DNA of 63,901 nt, counting the filler, from Olpidium bornovanus S191 (lineage: Eukaryota; Fungi; Olpidiomycota), in assembly GCA_017911155.1 (NCBI GenBank). It is 31 parts of 31 records of this genome, joined end to end, with 100 filler letters (N's around TTAATTAATTAA, not from the genome) between each part and the next. Parts side by side here need not be neighbours in the genome. Positions count along the whole stretch, not along the records: positions 44,685 to 48,527 come from JAEFCI010003737.1; positions 48,628 to 49,938 come from JAEFCI010002453.1; positions 50,039 to 51,565 come from JAEFCI010012705.1; positions 51,666 to 53,311 come from JAEFCI010006794.1; positions 53,412 to 55,761 come from JAEFCI010002329.1; positions 55,862 to 57,336 come from JAEFCI010006931.1; positions 57,437 to 59,648 come from JAEFCI010007560.1; positions 59,749 to 61,423 come from JAEFCI010011628.1; 23 more parts are not named here. One strand, given 5' to 3'. The notes under the pieces were generated by a model. The model was given only the letters and a program-made list of their open reading frames with translations, was not told the DNA's origin and did not search any database. A program made the translations under genes and the position numbers. Numbering within the stretch: position 1 is the stretch's first letter; each line of letters begins with the position of its first letter. Positions 47,050-60,582 of this stretch are shown here, one piece after another.

Positions 47050-48205
47050 CTGAAATGTCTTGGGACGATGACTCGTCCAGATGACGCAGGCTGGACCGTG
47101 TCCCAGATGTAGTCGAAATCCACATCCGGGTCCCAGAGCTCGTAGGCGCTCGGGGAGGTGGTCGCATTCGCCGCGCTCTGTGACGAGGAGCGCTGTCCGC
47201 CGCCGCCGTCACTTCCGCCGTTGCCGCTACTTGGGGCAGCGCCATCGGCGCCGCTTGAGAATGACTCGACTGCGGCGTCGCCCACCCGCTGCAGCATTGC
47301 CAAGAAGAAGTCGTCCCTAAACTGCCGCCGCGCTTCCCGCGCTGCTGTCCCGCCGCCGCGCCTGCGCGACGACAGGGAAGACGAGGTCGGCCGCGAGCTC
47401 CGCGACGAAGCCGAGGGGTTCCAAATGGAGAGACGGCCGAGCGTCGACTCCTCCTCTCCGTCATCGTCCTCCCCGTCGTTATCGTCGTCGTTGTCGTTGT
47501 CGTCGTCGTCGTCGTCGTCGTCCTCGGCGTCGTCGTCCTGGTTACCGTCGCTGTGTCCCGTAGTGTCTTCCTCGTCTCCCTCCTCGTCGGACTGCTCGTC
47601 ACCAGCGAGCATGGCGTCCACGAAAATGGAGTTGCGGTACCGCGCTTCGCCGTTTTCACCCGGTCCAGCGGCACTCATGGCGGCGATCTCGTCGGCGTCC
47701 GCAGCCGAAGATACGTGGACGTGGCCGTTGCAGATCGTCACGTGCCCGCGAAAGTGGCGCCCGCGTCGATGGTTGCGCAACGCGCCGGCCGAGAGGTACC
47801 GCGAGGAGTCGGAGAGGGAAAGGCGGCGACGCGAGCCTGATTGGAAGAGACGAAGAAAGCATACCAGAGGAGCGCGTCAGCAATTTGACGGCGCGGGCCG
47901 GGAAGGGGGGGAAGGGCGCGTAAGCGTATTCAAAGAAGGTCCAACTGCGGAAAACGTCAGGTGAAACTCCGGCAAACATCTCGCCGTGTCGGGAGCCAAA
48001 AACCAAAAACGACGAAAGGGTGAAGAAGCTTGGCGCATGATGCCAGACACCGGGGAACGAAAGCCGTTTTCCGCAGAGGGGTGCGGACGCATCGGGACCA
48101 CGCAAGCGGCAACTCATCACCGCAACTCGCGGGCAGGGGGCAAAGCGCTCGCAGCGGCCGCAACGTACCCTTCTCGTACTGCACGCTCCAGTCACGCAGG
48201 CCCAT
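47050..48205 (-). CDS. Hypothetical protein with a long acidic tract
   Basis: MGLRDWSVQYEK followed by a GTACGT donor splices in frame to SRRRLSLSDSS...; then an Asp/Glu tract, RQFRDDFFLAMLQRV and YELWDPDVDFDYIWDTV. Further exons may lie at 46150-46600. Confidence 0.6.
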
Positions 48206-48627
48206 CGTGCCGTAAGGCCCCCCCTCCCCGCCTTCCTCCTCCTCCGTCGGGGTTGGATTTGTTTGCGACGCGCAGCGGCGGGACAGGCAGGCGCCAAAGG
48301 GCGCTCTCTCGGCGGCCAGGTCTTGCCGGCTGGAAGTGCTTCCGCTTCCCCCGTAGGCGCGGCGGGCGACAAGAGACGAAAAGCGGAGGCGGGGGAAGAA
48401 GTCGCCGAAGGCGGCGGGGTCGTTCTTTTTTTTTTTTTTTTTTTTTTTGTCAATCTTGTCGCTTTTTTTTTGAACTAACCCCCTTAACCCCCGGGGCGGC
48501 GGCCCGCCCCTCTCTCTCTCTCTGCCANNNNNNNNNNNNNNNNNNNNNNNNNNNNNNNNNNNNNNNNNNNNTTAATTAATTAANNNNNNNNNNNNNNNNN
48601 NNNNNNNNNNNNNNNNNNNNNNNNNNN

Positions 48628-49710
48628 CGCGCGGGCGTCCAAGCCGTGGGCGGTTTTGGCGAACGGGTCGACGCCGACGTCGAAAAGCAGCCATTCGACG
48701 ACGTCAGCGAGCCCGTTCATGGCCGCGTTCATCAGGGTGGTCGTGGCGTAGTGGTGGCCGCCGCTGGCGTACTCGCAGTGCTCCACGACCTTGGCGCCCG
48801 CCTTGACCAGCGCCCGCGCGACGCGCGGGTCCGGGTTGCAGCGGCAGCACCGGTCCAGCGCCGTCTGGTGGTTGAAGTCGCGAATCCCGACGTCGGCGGG
48901 GGCAGCGGCGGCGTTTACGCCGCCCGACGTGGACGCCGATGCCGAAGACGGCGACGGCGGCAGGTCCGCTGCCTGGCCCAGCAACATCTGCACGAGCTGC
49001 AAGCCCACGCCCGCCGGCCGCGTTAGCTCCGCCGCCTGCATCAGCGGGGTCGTCCCCGCGTTGTCCTGGTGGTTCGGGTCGCAGTTGGGCAGCTGGAGTA
49101 GCAGCTTCACCACTTCCACATTCCCGTTCGCCACCGCCGTTGACAAAACGGATTTGCCCGACGGCGTGTACGACGCCGCCGACGCCCCGTGAAGCAGCAG
49201 CAGCCGCACGATCTCCGCTGTGGAAAGGAAAGGTAAACGAAAAAAGGAAGAGAATTAAAAATAGAAACAACCGGGCAGGAGCGCGGTCCCCATTATCAAA
49301 AAAACTAAAATATAGAAATCTCAATTTTAAAAGGAAAATGGCGAGTGGAGGTAGGGGAAAAAGGGGGGAAAAATCAGTCGGGGTATTTCCGGTGTTTCCA
49401 CTGCCAGTAATACAAAGCGAAGAGGGAAAAAAGGAAGAAAAAAAATGAAGAATATGGAAGGTGAACAAAAAAAAAAAAAGAAAAAAATGAAACCACCTTT
49501 CTTCCCCCCACGCCTTCCCCTCCCCCCCCTCCATCACACCCGCCATACCATTGCCGTTGAAGCACGCAATGTACAGAACCGTCCGTCCGTTCTTGTCCCT
49601 TGTCTCCACGTTGATCCCTGGGGTCTTGAGCAGCTCCGCCACGTCGTCCGCCCGCTTCTCCGATACCGCTCGGACCAGTCTTGTCGCGGCCTTGTCCGCG
49701 GTCAGGTCAG
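48628..49710 (-). CDS. Ankyrin-repeat protein, internal fragment
   Basis: NVETRDKNGRTVLYIACFNGN|AEIVRLLLLHGA, GKSVLSTAVANGNVEVVKLLL, DPNHQDNAGTTPLMQAA, TTLMNAAMNGLADVVEWLL. Confidence 0.95.
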
Positions 49711-50134
49711 CTTCAGGCGGCCGACAGCGAAAAAGAGAAGGAAAAAAAGGCCAAAATCAGGGGTCGGCTGTCGAGATTGCATCTGCGGGGCGAATAAGGG
49801 GGGGGGGGGGGGAAAAAAAATTTTTTTGGGGGGGGGGGACCATACGCGTCTCGAGTCACAACGCGTAATCCTTCTTCTTCCGCAGCCTCACGTTCAGCCC
49901 AATTTTTTATCGATAGTCGCCTTGAGCTTTTCGCTTCANNNNNNNNNNNNNNNNNNNNNNNNNNNNNNNNNNNNNNNNNNNNTTAATTAATTAANNNNNN
50001 NNNNNNNNNNNNNNNNNNNNNNNNNNNNNNNNNNNNNNCCCCCGCCCGGGGGGGGGGGGGGGGGGGGGGGCGCGCCGGGGGGGGCGGGGGGGGGGGGGGG
50101 GGGCCCCCCCCCCCCCCCGGGGGGGGGGGGGCCC

Positions 50135-50180
<46 letters not shown>

Positions 50181-51160
50181 CTTTTTTCCCCCCCGCTCGG
50201 CAAGCGGGGGAGGAAAGAGAGAAGAAGAAGGAGCGGATGACACGCACGCTAATAATCTATGTATTCTACGCTGGAACCGGGTTTCCGGTCTCTCTGCCCG
50301 GCGGCCCTTCTGCGAACGGCGACGGTGGCCAGGCCCGCACGCGAGTTAGAGAGAAACGCAGACGGTGTTTGTGCGGGGGCGGGAACTGTCGCGACTCGCT
50401 TGGAACCCGAAGGCGAAGATGCAGCCACGGGGGGAACGCGACGAGATTGAAGGCAGATTTGAAGGAGGAAATCTTCTGCGGGACTCCGTATCCACGCCAT
50501 TATTTGCGTACAGCCTGTTCTGAGAGTCAGGGGGCGACAGCGGGATCTCCGAGGGTATACGTGGAAGCGTACTTCCCGCCGCGCGATGCACTTGGGCTTC
50601 GGCCTGAGCGTCCAGGCTTGCCCCATCTTTGTTCTAAGCAGGAAACGGGGCGGGCGAGGATGGTCCGCGGTGTTGCGCGCGGTCCTTCCCCCGTCCCATT
50701 TTTCTTTTTTCACAGATAATCTTTTGGAAGCTTTTCGGAAGGCGTTTTTCCCACGGAAAAATCCTGCACGGTTCACGCACGAATATCCTGCGCGTGCGCG
50801 CGCGACATCATTCCGGCGCTCCAGGTCTGCCGGTTCGACCTCGCTCCTCCTGTCTCCGCGGTGCTGCCGCGGTTTCGTGGGCGCGGCGCGTGGGGGGAAA
50901 GCGGGGGCGGGGGGGAGGGCCGTTCGGCCGGGAGACTGCTGAGACGCGCCCGGCGAGAGGGCGCGTGTACGTGCGCAAACGAGAAAGGAAAAAAAAAAAA
51001 AAAACGTCCATGCGCCGACGGCTCCTCTCAGCTCGCGCGCGGACGGCGGCGGAACGTCGCCCGGGCGTGTGCCCCGCTTCCGCCTGTCTGTTTTTTTTTT
51101 TTTTTTTTTTTTTTTTTGGGGGGGGGGGGGGGGGGGCCCCTCTCCGGGAAAACCCCCCCC

Positions 51161-51193
<33 letters not shown>

Positions 51194-52652
51194 GCGTGCG
51201 TGCGGCGCGGTCCCCTTCGCGTGAACACGCTCCCCGTTTTTTTTTCGCTTTGGTGGGGAGTTTTTTATTTTTATTTTTTTTTTTTCCCCCCCCATCTCGT
51301 CCTCATATTATTTGTGATCATTTTTATTCTAAGTACACGCTCTTTAGAGGATATTAAAGAAAAACAAAATGTAATTTATCTCCGTTTCCTCCTCGTCGAG
51401 AAGCGCGAGAAGAGCGGCGGGCGGCGGGCGGCTGCGGCGGCGGCGGCGGGGGCGGGCAACCTCATGGCCACAGAAGACGGCCGACTCTGAGCGGGGAGAT
51501 AGGGCGCGACTCGCCGGTTCGGGGGCAGCGGTAGAGCAGGACCTTGCGATTCCAGCGGCGGGCGGNNNNNNNNNNNNNNNNNNNNNNNNNNNNNNNNNNN
51601 NNNNNNNNNTTAATTAATTAANNNNNNNNNNNNNNNNNNNNNNNNNNNNNNNNNNNNNNNNNNNNCATGAAGGTTCGGGGTCGGGGAGCCCCCGAGGATT
51701 CGAGTTTCGGATTCCAGCCTTGGGCAGGCGGCGAACGGCAGGGCTTCTTAAGGGTCCCGCGCAGGAGTCTGGTTGAAGGGGGGGGGAGCTGCCGCCGTCG
51801 TGCAGGGCTGCTGCGGTGGAGAAGGCGTGCAGGAATCTGGCACCAGAGAAGCGGACGGACGCAAAGCCCCCCCGGACGGCGGACGGGGAACGGGGGACAG
51901 GGGACGGGGGACGGGGAGCGGTGGGGGGAGAGCATCATGATTGCGAACCATGGTGGTTTAGACTGGTGGCGGATATCCGATATCCCGGCAACCGCAAAAT
52001 GGGCAGCGGGCTGTGCGGGAAAAACGTTTCGCTCCCCTCGGCACGGATCCGCCGTCCCGGTCCTACGCCCACCACCCGGGCGAAAGGCTGACCTCGGCTG
52101 ACACGGCGCCGCCTTCACCCCCCCCCCCCTACCTTGCCACCGCCACCCCCACCCACGGCTCCTTTGGCGCCGCGGGAAAAGCACGGGAAACTTGCGTTCT
52201 GTGAGTCATCTTTAACTTGCAAGCGCGTCACGGCCGCGGTTGGGCGGGGAAGGGAGGCGTGTGCGCGAGGCGAAGAGAGCCCCGTGGGGTGCGACGAAAG
52301 CGCGGTAGTGGTCTCTGCTAGGAAGTCACTCCCGTTTCGCCCCTCCGTTTCCGCCCTGGTGTGTGGGGGCGGTGGGTAATGTTCGCTGTTCCATACCCGC
52401 GCCCCCGACCGTTGTCCCGTTTCGGTTCCCGTGAGGAGGAAAGGCCGTAAGAAGGAATGCCCGGGGGTCTCACGCTCCTCCGCCCGGGTCTCTCGTTGTG
52501 CGTTTCTTCCTCCGACCAGGTTCTGCGCGCGCTCACCCCGCTGCTCCCCCATATGCCGCTCCCGCTTCCCTCCAGTCCCTCCGCGAAACCGTTCCCCGAT
52601 CCGTTCGGGAGTCAGGAAAGGCCCCCGCACATCCCGCTAATCTTTCACAAGG

Positions 52653-53311
52653 ATGTCGGCGAGAAAGAAAGTCCTCTTGAAGGTGAGCCTTCCTTGTCGG
52701 TGTCGCTGTCCGCGGCCCTTGGTGCACGCGGCCGCAAAGGGATGCCCCAACCCCCGCTGCCCGTGCGTGCACCCGTGCGCCGCGCACTCACAGGTCACTG
52801 CTGAACACCGCGCGCTCGTTCTGCGCCGGCTTCCGGTGGGCACCTGGCCGTAAGCGCCCAACGGAACGTGTTTTGTGTAAATCGTCGGTTGCTCTAGAGG
52901 ACCCCGACGTTTTTCCGGGGTGGGGGGGGGGGCTGGATCGCCACGTTTTGCTGGGCGTCATACGCCGCCGGCCTTCCGCAAGTTCCTGACGGTTTGTCGT
53001 TGTCGCGCCTTTCCTCGCTGCGGCGCCTCTCAACCGCGCGCGCCGCCATTTTGCGCGCTATCCAGGTTATCATTCTAGGCGACAGCGGGTACGGATCATT
53101 TACATTGTTGGCGGTGATATTGCGAGCGAGTCTTTTGCGCACGCCGAAAAATTGACTTTGACTTTTTTTTTCTTGCCGTGACGGCAGTGTCGGCAAGACG
53201 TCGTTGATGAACCAGTACGTGAACAAGAAGTTCACTGGTCAGTACAAGGCCACCATCGGCGCGGACTTCTTGACGAAGGAAGTGGTTGTCGACGGCCGGG
53301 TGGTTACCATG
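52653..53311 (+). CDS. YPT7: Rab7/Ypt7 GTPase, 5' part (missed by the ORF track)
   Basis: Exons 52653-52682 ([10 protein letters not shown]), 53066-53088 (VIILGDSG) and 53188-53311 ([41 protein letters not shown]). Confidence 0.97.
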
Positions 53312-54260
53312 NNNNNNNNNNNNNNNNNNNNNNNNNNNNNNNNNNNNNNNNNNNNTTAATTAATTAANNNNNNNNNNNNNNNNNNNNNNNNNNNNNNNNN
53401 NNNNNNNNNNNCGTTAACAAATTCAGAATTGATGCCGCCGCCGTCGCCCCCTCGCGGTCTCAGTCCACATCACAGACACCCATCTCCGCGCGAGCTTAGA
53501 GGAATCTCGGGCCCAGGAGCGGCTTTGTCATGGTGTCGGTAATGTTGTCATGTGTAATGACGTGTGGGGGGTGATACCTGCGCGAGTGGTGGCATCGCGG
53601 ATAAACCCACCTGCCGAGCGCAGCAGTTGCGGGTGGTCGCTCGGGCAAGCTCGACAACCTCCCTTATGCACCCCCAGGAGACTTCGCCGCCCTCGCGGAA
53701 CTGGAAAAAGAGGGCTGAACAGGAGCACCGACTCCAAAACGTTCGTCAGAGGCCACGAGTGCGGACCTTACACAGAAACGCCGAGTCACTGTAAAATTTG
53801 GATGCACTTTATATGGGCGTGGTCTGGCGCAATACGAGGGCGTGCGCGCGACTACATAAGGCATTCTATGCTGGCCGCGTGCCGCGCGCTGTGGAGGAAG
53901 AAACCCGCCGGCATGTGGAAGGGAGATCGCTGATGAAAACGAGGAGAAGCCGCGGCTGACGAGAGGAAGACTTCTGAGCGGCATGTGGAAGCCAAGGTGG
54001 CGGGGGTGTTGTGGCAAGTGGCCGATTTGCCAAGACGGCGGGCGGAATTGCCCGGTCGGGCGGGGGAATTGCCAGGCGAAGGGTGAAAATTGGGCGGCGA
54101 TAAGGTCGGCGTGACCAATGGGAATGCGAGACTGGTCGGGAAATGAAAGGACGGCGCACCGGAATTCGCTTTGCACGCCGGCTCGCACATAAATTCCGCC
54201 CCCCGGGGCGTTTTTACCCCCTTCCCGGAGGCCCTTTTTTTTTTCCTGTATCAGGCTTTC

Positions 54261-54775
54261 TCATCGACGCCGTGCTGCTGGCAACGCGCGCACCAGGAAT
54301 TCCGTCTTGTCCACAAACCGGGCCCGCTCCCGCTGGTCCAGCTGCTCAAACTTCTTATTGAACTCCCGCAGAACCGCCTCTGGGTCAGCCCCATCCCTCG
54401 CAGCGTTATTGACCCATTTAACGAAACGTCACGGCGTCATCCTCGTAAGGTCCAGCGAGCGGAAAACCTCGCGCAGCGGATCCTTTGCCTTGGTCCACGC
54501 TTTCCCCTCTGTGGCCGAAACCACTCGCTCGTCACAGTCCTCATTGATTGTCAGCTTGAAATAGCGGAGGAGCTCCACATAGGTGAGCTCCCATTGCCGA
54601 ACAGCTGTCTCAAACTTGCGTAGGTATGCCGATATATTCTCTTCTTGAAACAAACCTTCTCCTTGGTGAACTGGACTGTCGCTGCGCGGACCTCGGCAGA
54701 CCGCATTTGCGCGACGAGCGCACGCACGTCGAAGGACCCGATCGTCATCGTCGTAACCTCGTAGCCCCCGGCCAC
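54261..54775 (-). pseudogene. Decayed Ty3/gypsy-like Gag fragment
   Basis: FQEENISAYLRKFE...W...LREVFRSLDLTRMTP*RFVKWV...LREFNKKFEQLDQRER...DKTEFLVRA resembles fungal LTR-retrotransposon capsid. It has a frameshift near 54655 and in-frame TGA stops at 54431 and 54263. Confidence 0.6.
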
Positions 54776-56214
54776 TCTCGTACCAGCTCCTCTTGCTCTC
54801 GCGTCCCGTCTTCCCTGCCCGGGAGACCCAGGTTGTCGGGAAACCTCTGCCTCCGACGGGTTTCGGCAGGGTTTGAAGGGCAGCTATGGGCTGTCCAACA
54901 CGCGCACTCGGCCGTAGATACGGGCGACCGCGGGGCGCGGAAGCTCCTCCCCTGCAGCCTTCGAAACCTCTTCAAAGCAACCCCCCCTCCCCCTCCCCCG
55001 CCCTTCCTTCTCTCCGGCTCTACCCTCCAACCCCCGGAGCTGCCGTCCGAGGGCGTCGCAGTCGCAGGCGGCTAGAACTAGGCTGTCCTGGTGGGCTCTC
55101 GGAGGACCGTCGGGGATGTCTTCAAAGACGAGAGAGGGTTTGTTTATTGTTTCGCGCGAGCGAGAAAGAGATTACGGGAAAAACGGGGTGGGGGGAGGGG
55201 GTTTGAGGGCAGGGGAGAGGTAGTACGGGAGGGACTACCGGCGGCCTGAACCCACACCGGGCACGACCGATGGAGGGCAGATGGCGTCGTCCAGGATTTG
55301 CGCGTCAGCAAAGAGATCTGCGCCGAAGGGGAGGCCGACAAAACCTTCTGCCAGGATCACATTGTCATCGACGGTTGGGCCAAATCGGGGGTCGTAATTG
55401 AGATCTGTGGGGCCAAGCGGGCCCCAGTATTCCGCGACGGAAGGGGGGAAGAGAAAAGTCGTGTTGCCAGGGTCGCCTGGGATGGACAGGCTCCGCTTTA
55501 AACGACTGGGCGTAGGCAACCGCGACGGTTCTGAAAGTTCTTCGACGTACGGCCGTGCCGGGAACGGCGGCGGAGAGAAAAAAAAAAAAAAAAAAAAAAA
55601 GGGAGAAAAACTCACCCTCACCCTTCCCCGCCGCCCCCACCATCACTCACCGCGGCAAACGGGGGGAGGATGGGGGTGGGGGGGAAGGGGTGACGGAAGG
55701 AGGGGAAGCCGCCCCCTAGGGGGGGAAAGGAGGGGAAAAGAGAAAAAAAAAAAAAAAAAAANNNNNNNNNNNNNNNNNNNNNNNNNNNNNNNNNNNNNNN
55801 NNNNNTTAATTAATTAANNNNNNNNNNNNNNNNNNNNNNNNNNNNNNNNNNNNNNNNNNNNGAGCGGGGCACGCACCCTACAGCAAGAAAAGCCCTTACC
55901 GCCTTGCAGCAGTAGAGCCACGGGCTATCCTCTAGGCAGTCCTGCAAAACTCTCGTCGAGCACAGAATCACCCGAAAGCGGATACCTTCACAAAGGGGTT
56001 ACCGAAACTGCGTTTTTTGGAATGTGTTGTTTCACTAGGTCTCGTTCCCTCCCCTCTCGCTCACAACAAGGAGAAGTGTTAATTTTCTTTCCTTGAATTC
56101 TCCTTCCTTGAATCCCGTGTGGCTAGTCGGAACCCCTCAATGTTTATGTCTACTCCCTTATAACGCGTAAACTCCTGTGTACAATACAACGCCCTCACGC
56201 GGCGAAACACATGA

Positions 56215-56634
56215 CGCAACACGCTCAATCCGTTATCAGGTCGCGGACGCGGAAACCACAAGGACTCGTCTGGTCCAACCCCGCCGCCCCCGTCTCCAGG
56301 CTGGGCAGCTCTTTCCCGGGCTAACAAGCCACGTCACCCATGCAAATTTTGTCGCTCTAGTGACCATTTCCCGAGTGACTGCCCCCTCATTCCTGCCGAT
56401 TTGCAGGTGCTCGCCAGCCAAAATGCTCCGCGCCCAGGTGGCCGATCGCGAACAACGCCCCGGAGCGCACCTGCCACCAGCCCGCCACCGGAACGCGCCT
56501 TCCATGCCGCTAGCCAAGCGAGTACCCGCTCTGACACCCCTTCATCTGACATTATTTTAGACTCTGGCGCGACGGAGCACATGTTCAACATGCCAGCTGC
56601 ATTTACTACGGCGCGCGTCACCGCGCTGCACTAG
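56215..56634 (+). mobile_element. Ty1/copia Gag-protease relic
   Basis: In one frame: CCHC zinc knuckle CKFCRSSDHFPSDC (from 56341), then the copia protease motif IILDSGATEHM. Bounded by in-frame stops at 56212 and 56632. Confidence 0.88.
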
Positions 56635-57599
56635 TGAAGTTGATCCAGGCGTCCCCAGATTGGCCTCCAGCCAGCACGCGTAGCAGACCAGGCAGATTGT
56701 GAGGTTATCAGCTTCTGCAACCGCGTGGTCGACGTATCGGTTGATGAGACCGAGCGCAGCCCACGAAAGCAACAATGGAAGAGACGAAGAGGCCGGAGCA
56801 GGGCCGGCTGTTTCGGGACGATTAAATTTCGAGGCTGCAGGTCAGCGACGACCCTGCGATGCATGACGAGGACGGTGAACGGCTGTCCTGAATTCGTGGG
56901 CCACAACCTCCAGAGACTGAGGTGGGGTGCAATGCAAACCGCGAAATGCACTGCAAGTTAGACTGCAGTTCGCGCGTAAAACTGCGTTGATATCGCGCGT
57001 TTCCTGTGAGGCCGTAGGTCGACGCAGCGGGCACTGAGCACGGCTTGAGGTCGGCGACGGGGAGAGGGTCTCTGCCACAGGCGCAACCGAAGCGAAACAA
57101 TGTTGATCGGCGCATTCCTGAGCGCGCTCTGCTCTCCTATTCCTCGCTTACGGCTAAGGCTGCTCCGGCGCCCTGCGCTGCGGCGTCTTGGTCTTCGGCG
57201 GGGCCGTGTTCGCGTGATGCGAAAGGCACAGAAAGCCGCGGACGACGGGTGTCCGACACAGGTACATCGGTTGTGAGGCGAGGGGGGTATCCCTGCACGA
57301 TGTATGTGCCCGTTCCGAACGCAACGGAACCCCGGCNNNNNNNNNNNNNNNNNNNNNNNNNNNNNNNNNNNNNNNNNNNNTTAATTAATTAANNNNNNNN
57401 NNNNNNNNNNNNNNNNNNNNNNNNNNNNNNNNNNNNATAAAATTTTTTTTTCCCTTTTTTTTTTTTTTTTTTTTTTTTGGCACGCGCGCACGCTCGGCAT
57501 TCTCCCCGGAGCTTATTTTCGAGCGTCGGAACCGCAGCTTTGAAAACCGTATTAGCCTGGAAAAAAAAACCGACGGGGAGAATAGAAGAAAACACACCC

Positions 57600-57635
<36 letters not shown>

Positions 57636-57638
57636 AAA

Positions 57639-57691
<53 letters not shown>

Positions 57692-59076
57692 CTTCCCAGA
57701 AAAAAAAAAGCGCCCCGCCAATCCAAAATGGCACTGAGGGCTGCGGTGACGCGGAGGCCCGGTCCAAAGGCCAATCAATAATAACAGTCGGCGCCCTCTG
57801 GCCGCTTATCCTCCGTTGGGTCGTCAACTCCTGCTATAATCGGAATTTGGCGCCCACCCGCGGCCGTTCTGCGGTCAGCCAACTTCCAGCTTTTGTCGAG
57901 GGACAAAGGAAGATGGGGTGGGCGTACACTCCACGCACCGGCACGCGTCTTCACTCCTCGCGCGCCCGCTACTCGAATCGGCTATTAAGAAAGAAAAAAA
58001 AAAACGAGGCAGTTGCCGAACAGCCCGAAGAGCAAATCGTTTTCCCTACGTGGTCCCGTGCGGCGCCGCACCGTGTCGCCCCTCATTCCGCGGTTCGTGT
58101 CCGCCGCAAAGTCGGCCAACTCCTCCATGGCCCAAATGCCGATTAATGTGCTTAAATGGAGGGGCTCGTAAGACGTGGCGGGCAAAAGCCTTTACTAGCC
58201 AGGGGTCAAGGGTGGATTGGGTGGGTGTTCGCAGTGCGACTGTCAAAGGGTCGCGAGTGCGATTGGCATAATACTTTACGCGAAACTGCGTGCAGAAATT
58301 GACCGCGTTCGCGAGGGAACCGCTGACAACGTTTACCACGTGGCAAGAGGACCGAGTAGATTTGCAAGAGGTGAACGGGGTATTAGGGGCTGGTGTCGGG
58401 AGTACAATCCCTTTTCGAATGGGATGGCAGTCGGATAGGACGGCTGCGGGCACTTGTTGCGAGGTGTGTGCGAGGGCGACCCGTTCACCACACGACACCC
58501 GCCCCGTCTCGCTGGAAAGCACAGCGATTCGAGCAAAGAAATTTCCAGTATGCCCCTTCCTTATAATTTATCGCGTCGTCGCGGTCTATTTGGGCTGTCG
58601 GCGGCTTGGCGTATGAGTGGAAGGGGCGTCTCTGAAAGCACTTCTTGCTTTCTGGCGGAGCCGCAGATCAGCGAGGCAAACCTTGCAGGGCCAATAACGT
58701 CCCTTGGCTCCCAATGATGCTAGCTTCCCGCTTTCCCGTGGAATCGCGAGCAACTGCAGCGGCTGGTGGCCGCGGTGACGACAGATGACAAAGGCAGATC
58801 AGACTCGCAGATTACCCGTTGCCCGGCGCGCGTGGACTCGCTCGGCGGCCGGTTCCTTCGTTTGGGACACGGAGTCTGCTTTCGCGGGCCCATGTCGCGA
58901 CCTGGTGCCGTGATGTTCGTGCCTTTGTTCCTTTTTTAACGTATCGGTATCGCGGTTACCTTCCAGCAGCCGGTCGCCGATTGGAGCTCCTTGTCTCCCC
59001 GGACGTCCGTGAAGTGGTTCCTCAATGTGGTGGGACGTCGAGATCCCGATTTCCGCCACCCTTCGTTTTTCCGCTC

Positions 59077-59226
59077 GGGTTCGCCGGATTCGCACGTTCG
59101 CGGATTTCGCAGGTCCGGCGTTCCGACAGCAGGGATTCGCAGTTTCCCCGGGATTCGCAAGGCGCCCGCGTTTCGTCAGGTTTGCAGAATTCACAGATTC
59201 GCGGGATTCCGGATGCAGATTCGCAC
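59077..59226 (+). repeat. Cluster of degenerate GGATTCGCA motifs
   Basis: Exact copies at 59086, 59133 and 59151; variants at 59077, 59102, 59187, 59196 and 59218. Confidence 0.75.
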
Positions 59227-59774
59227 CGAGCCAGCGCTGGAGCTATTTGAGCTGGAGTCGGAGGTGAAGCCGAAAAAACCGAAGCCGGAGTACCAGGGGG
59301 TAACCTGGCGGTACCTCTAAGGGAGCGACGCTCACCGAGGTAAAGTAAAATTTGCAGATTTGGAACCACTGGGCGCAACGTCTGGCGCGTTTGCGACATC
59401 TGGAGCGTGTGCCGTTCAGGAAGAAGCCAGGTAAGACACTGTCGAAACACTCCGCGGCTCTGTTCCCCGGGAAAAATCAAACCGCAGCTTGGAAAATCAA
59501 CTGGTCACGTTTGTCAAGACTTGTGAACACGTGCCAAACCCCGTCAGGAGCCTTGGGGATTGTCAGAGCTGCAAAGATTTCTGGTTCCTAGGAAATGGTC
59601 GTCTTCCTGATTCGGGAGAATTTTTGGTTTGCAGTCGAAGTGGCGGGGNNNNNNNNNNNNNNNNNNNNNNNNNNNNNNNNNNNNNNNNNNNNTTAATTAA
59701 TTAANNNNNNNNNNNNNNNNNNNNNNNNNNNNNNNNNNNNNNNNNNNNCCTCCCCCCTCCCCCCCCCCCCCCCC

Positions 59775-59824
<50 letters not shown>

Positions 59825-59939
59825 CCTGGGCCGGGGCGTGTGCGCCCCCGCGCCACCGCCGCGCCCGAACCCCAACTTCCGACCCCCCACACACACACGC
59901 CGCGCACGCGAGCTGACGAACAGGCGTTCCCCTGATCAG

Positions 59940-60064
59940 CCGCAGGACTGTCGTCCGGGACGGTCAAGATTCTGCACGCCAAGTCTCTGAACGTTCGTGA
60001 GCGGGAGAACATTCTCCGCCGCGCCACCGCACGTTCCACCCCGCAGTTTTTGATTGCGCGCCCT

Positions 60065-60110
<46 letters not shown>

Positions 60111-60392
60111 CCCCCCCCCCCCCCCCTCCTCCCCCCTTCCCCGCCGCTCGACAACCCGGGCAGGACGTCAACGGCGCGACGTTCACGGTCGGCGCCGAGG
60201 CGATCACGCGGGTTTCGTGGGCGCCCGAGTCCGACCACCTCGCGACGGCCGACGCCGGCTTCGCCGTCGGCATCTTCAGCGCCCGCGCGAGGGCCGACCG
60301 CGCGCCGGACGGCGCCGCCGCCGCCGCCGGCGCGTGGGTGTACGTCGGCAGGTACCAGGCCCACACGAAGCCCGTGATCGGTGAGGCCCCGG

Positions 60393-60426
<34 letters not shown>

Positions 60427-60582
60427 GAGATTTCCTTCCCGACCGGATCTCTTTTGTTGCTGTTGCTGTTGTTGCTGTTGTTACTGTTGTTGTTTTCGCC
60501 GTCGCGCCGCCCCGGGCGCCCGGCGGAAATCCCCCGCGGGGGGCGTCCCCCACGCGGAGCCGCGTTTTCCCTGCACCCGCCG

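Noticed and set aside
57437-59648. Coding potential in this contig (ORFs 58046-58522, 58217-58438 and exon-like 59219-59460)
   Set aside because: No consistent reading frame or domain could be assembled.
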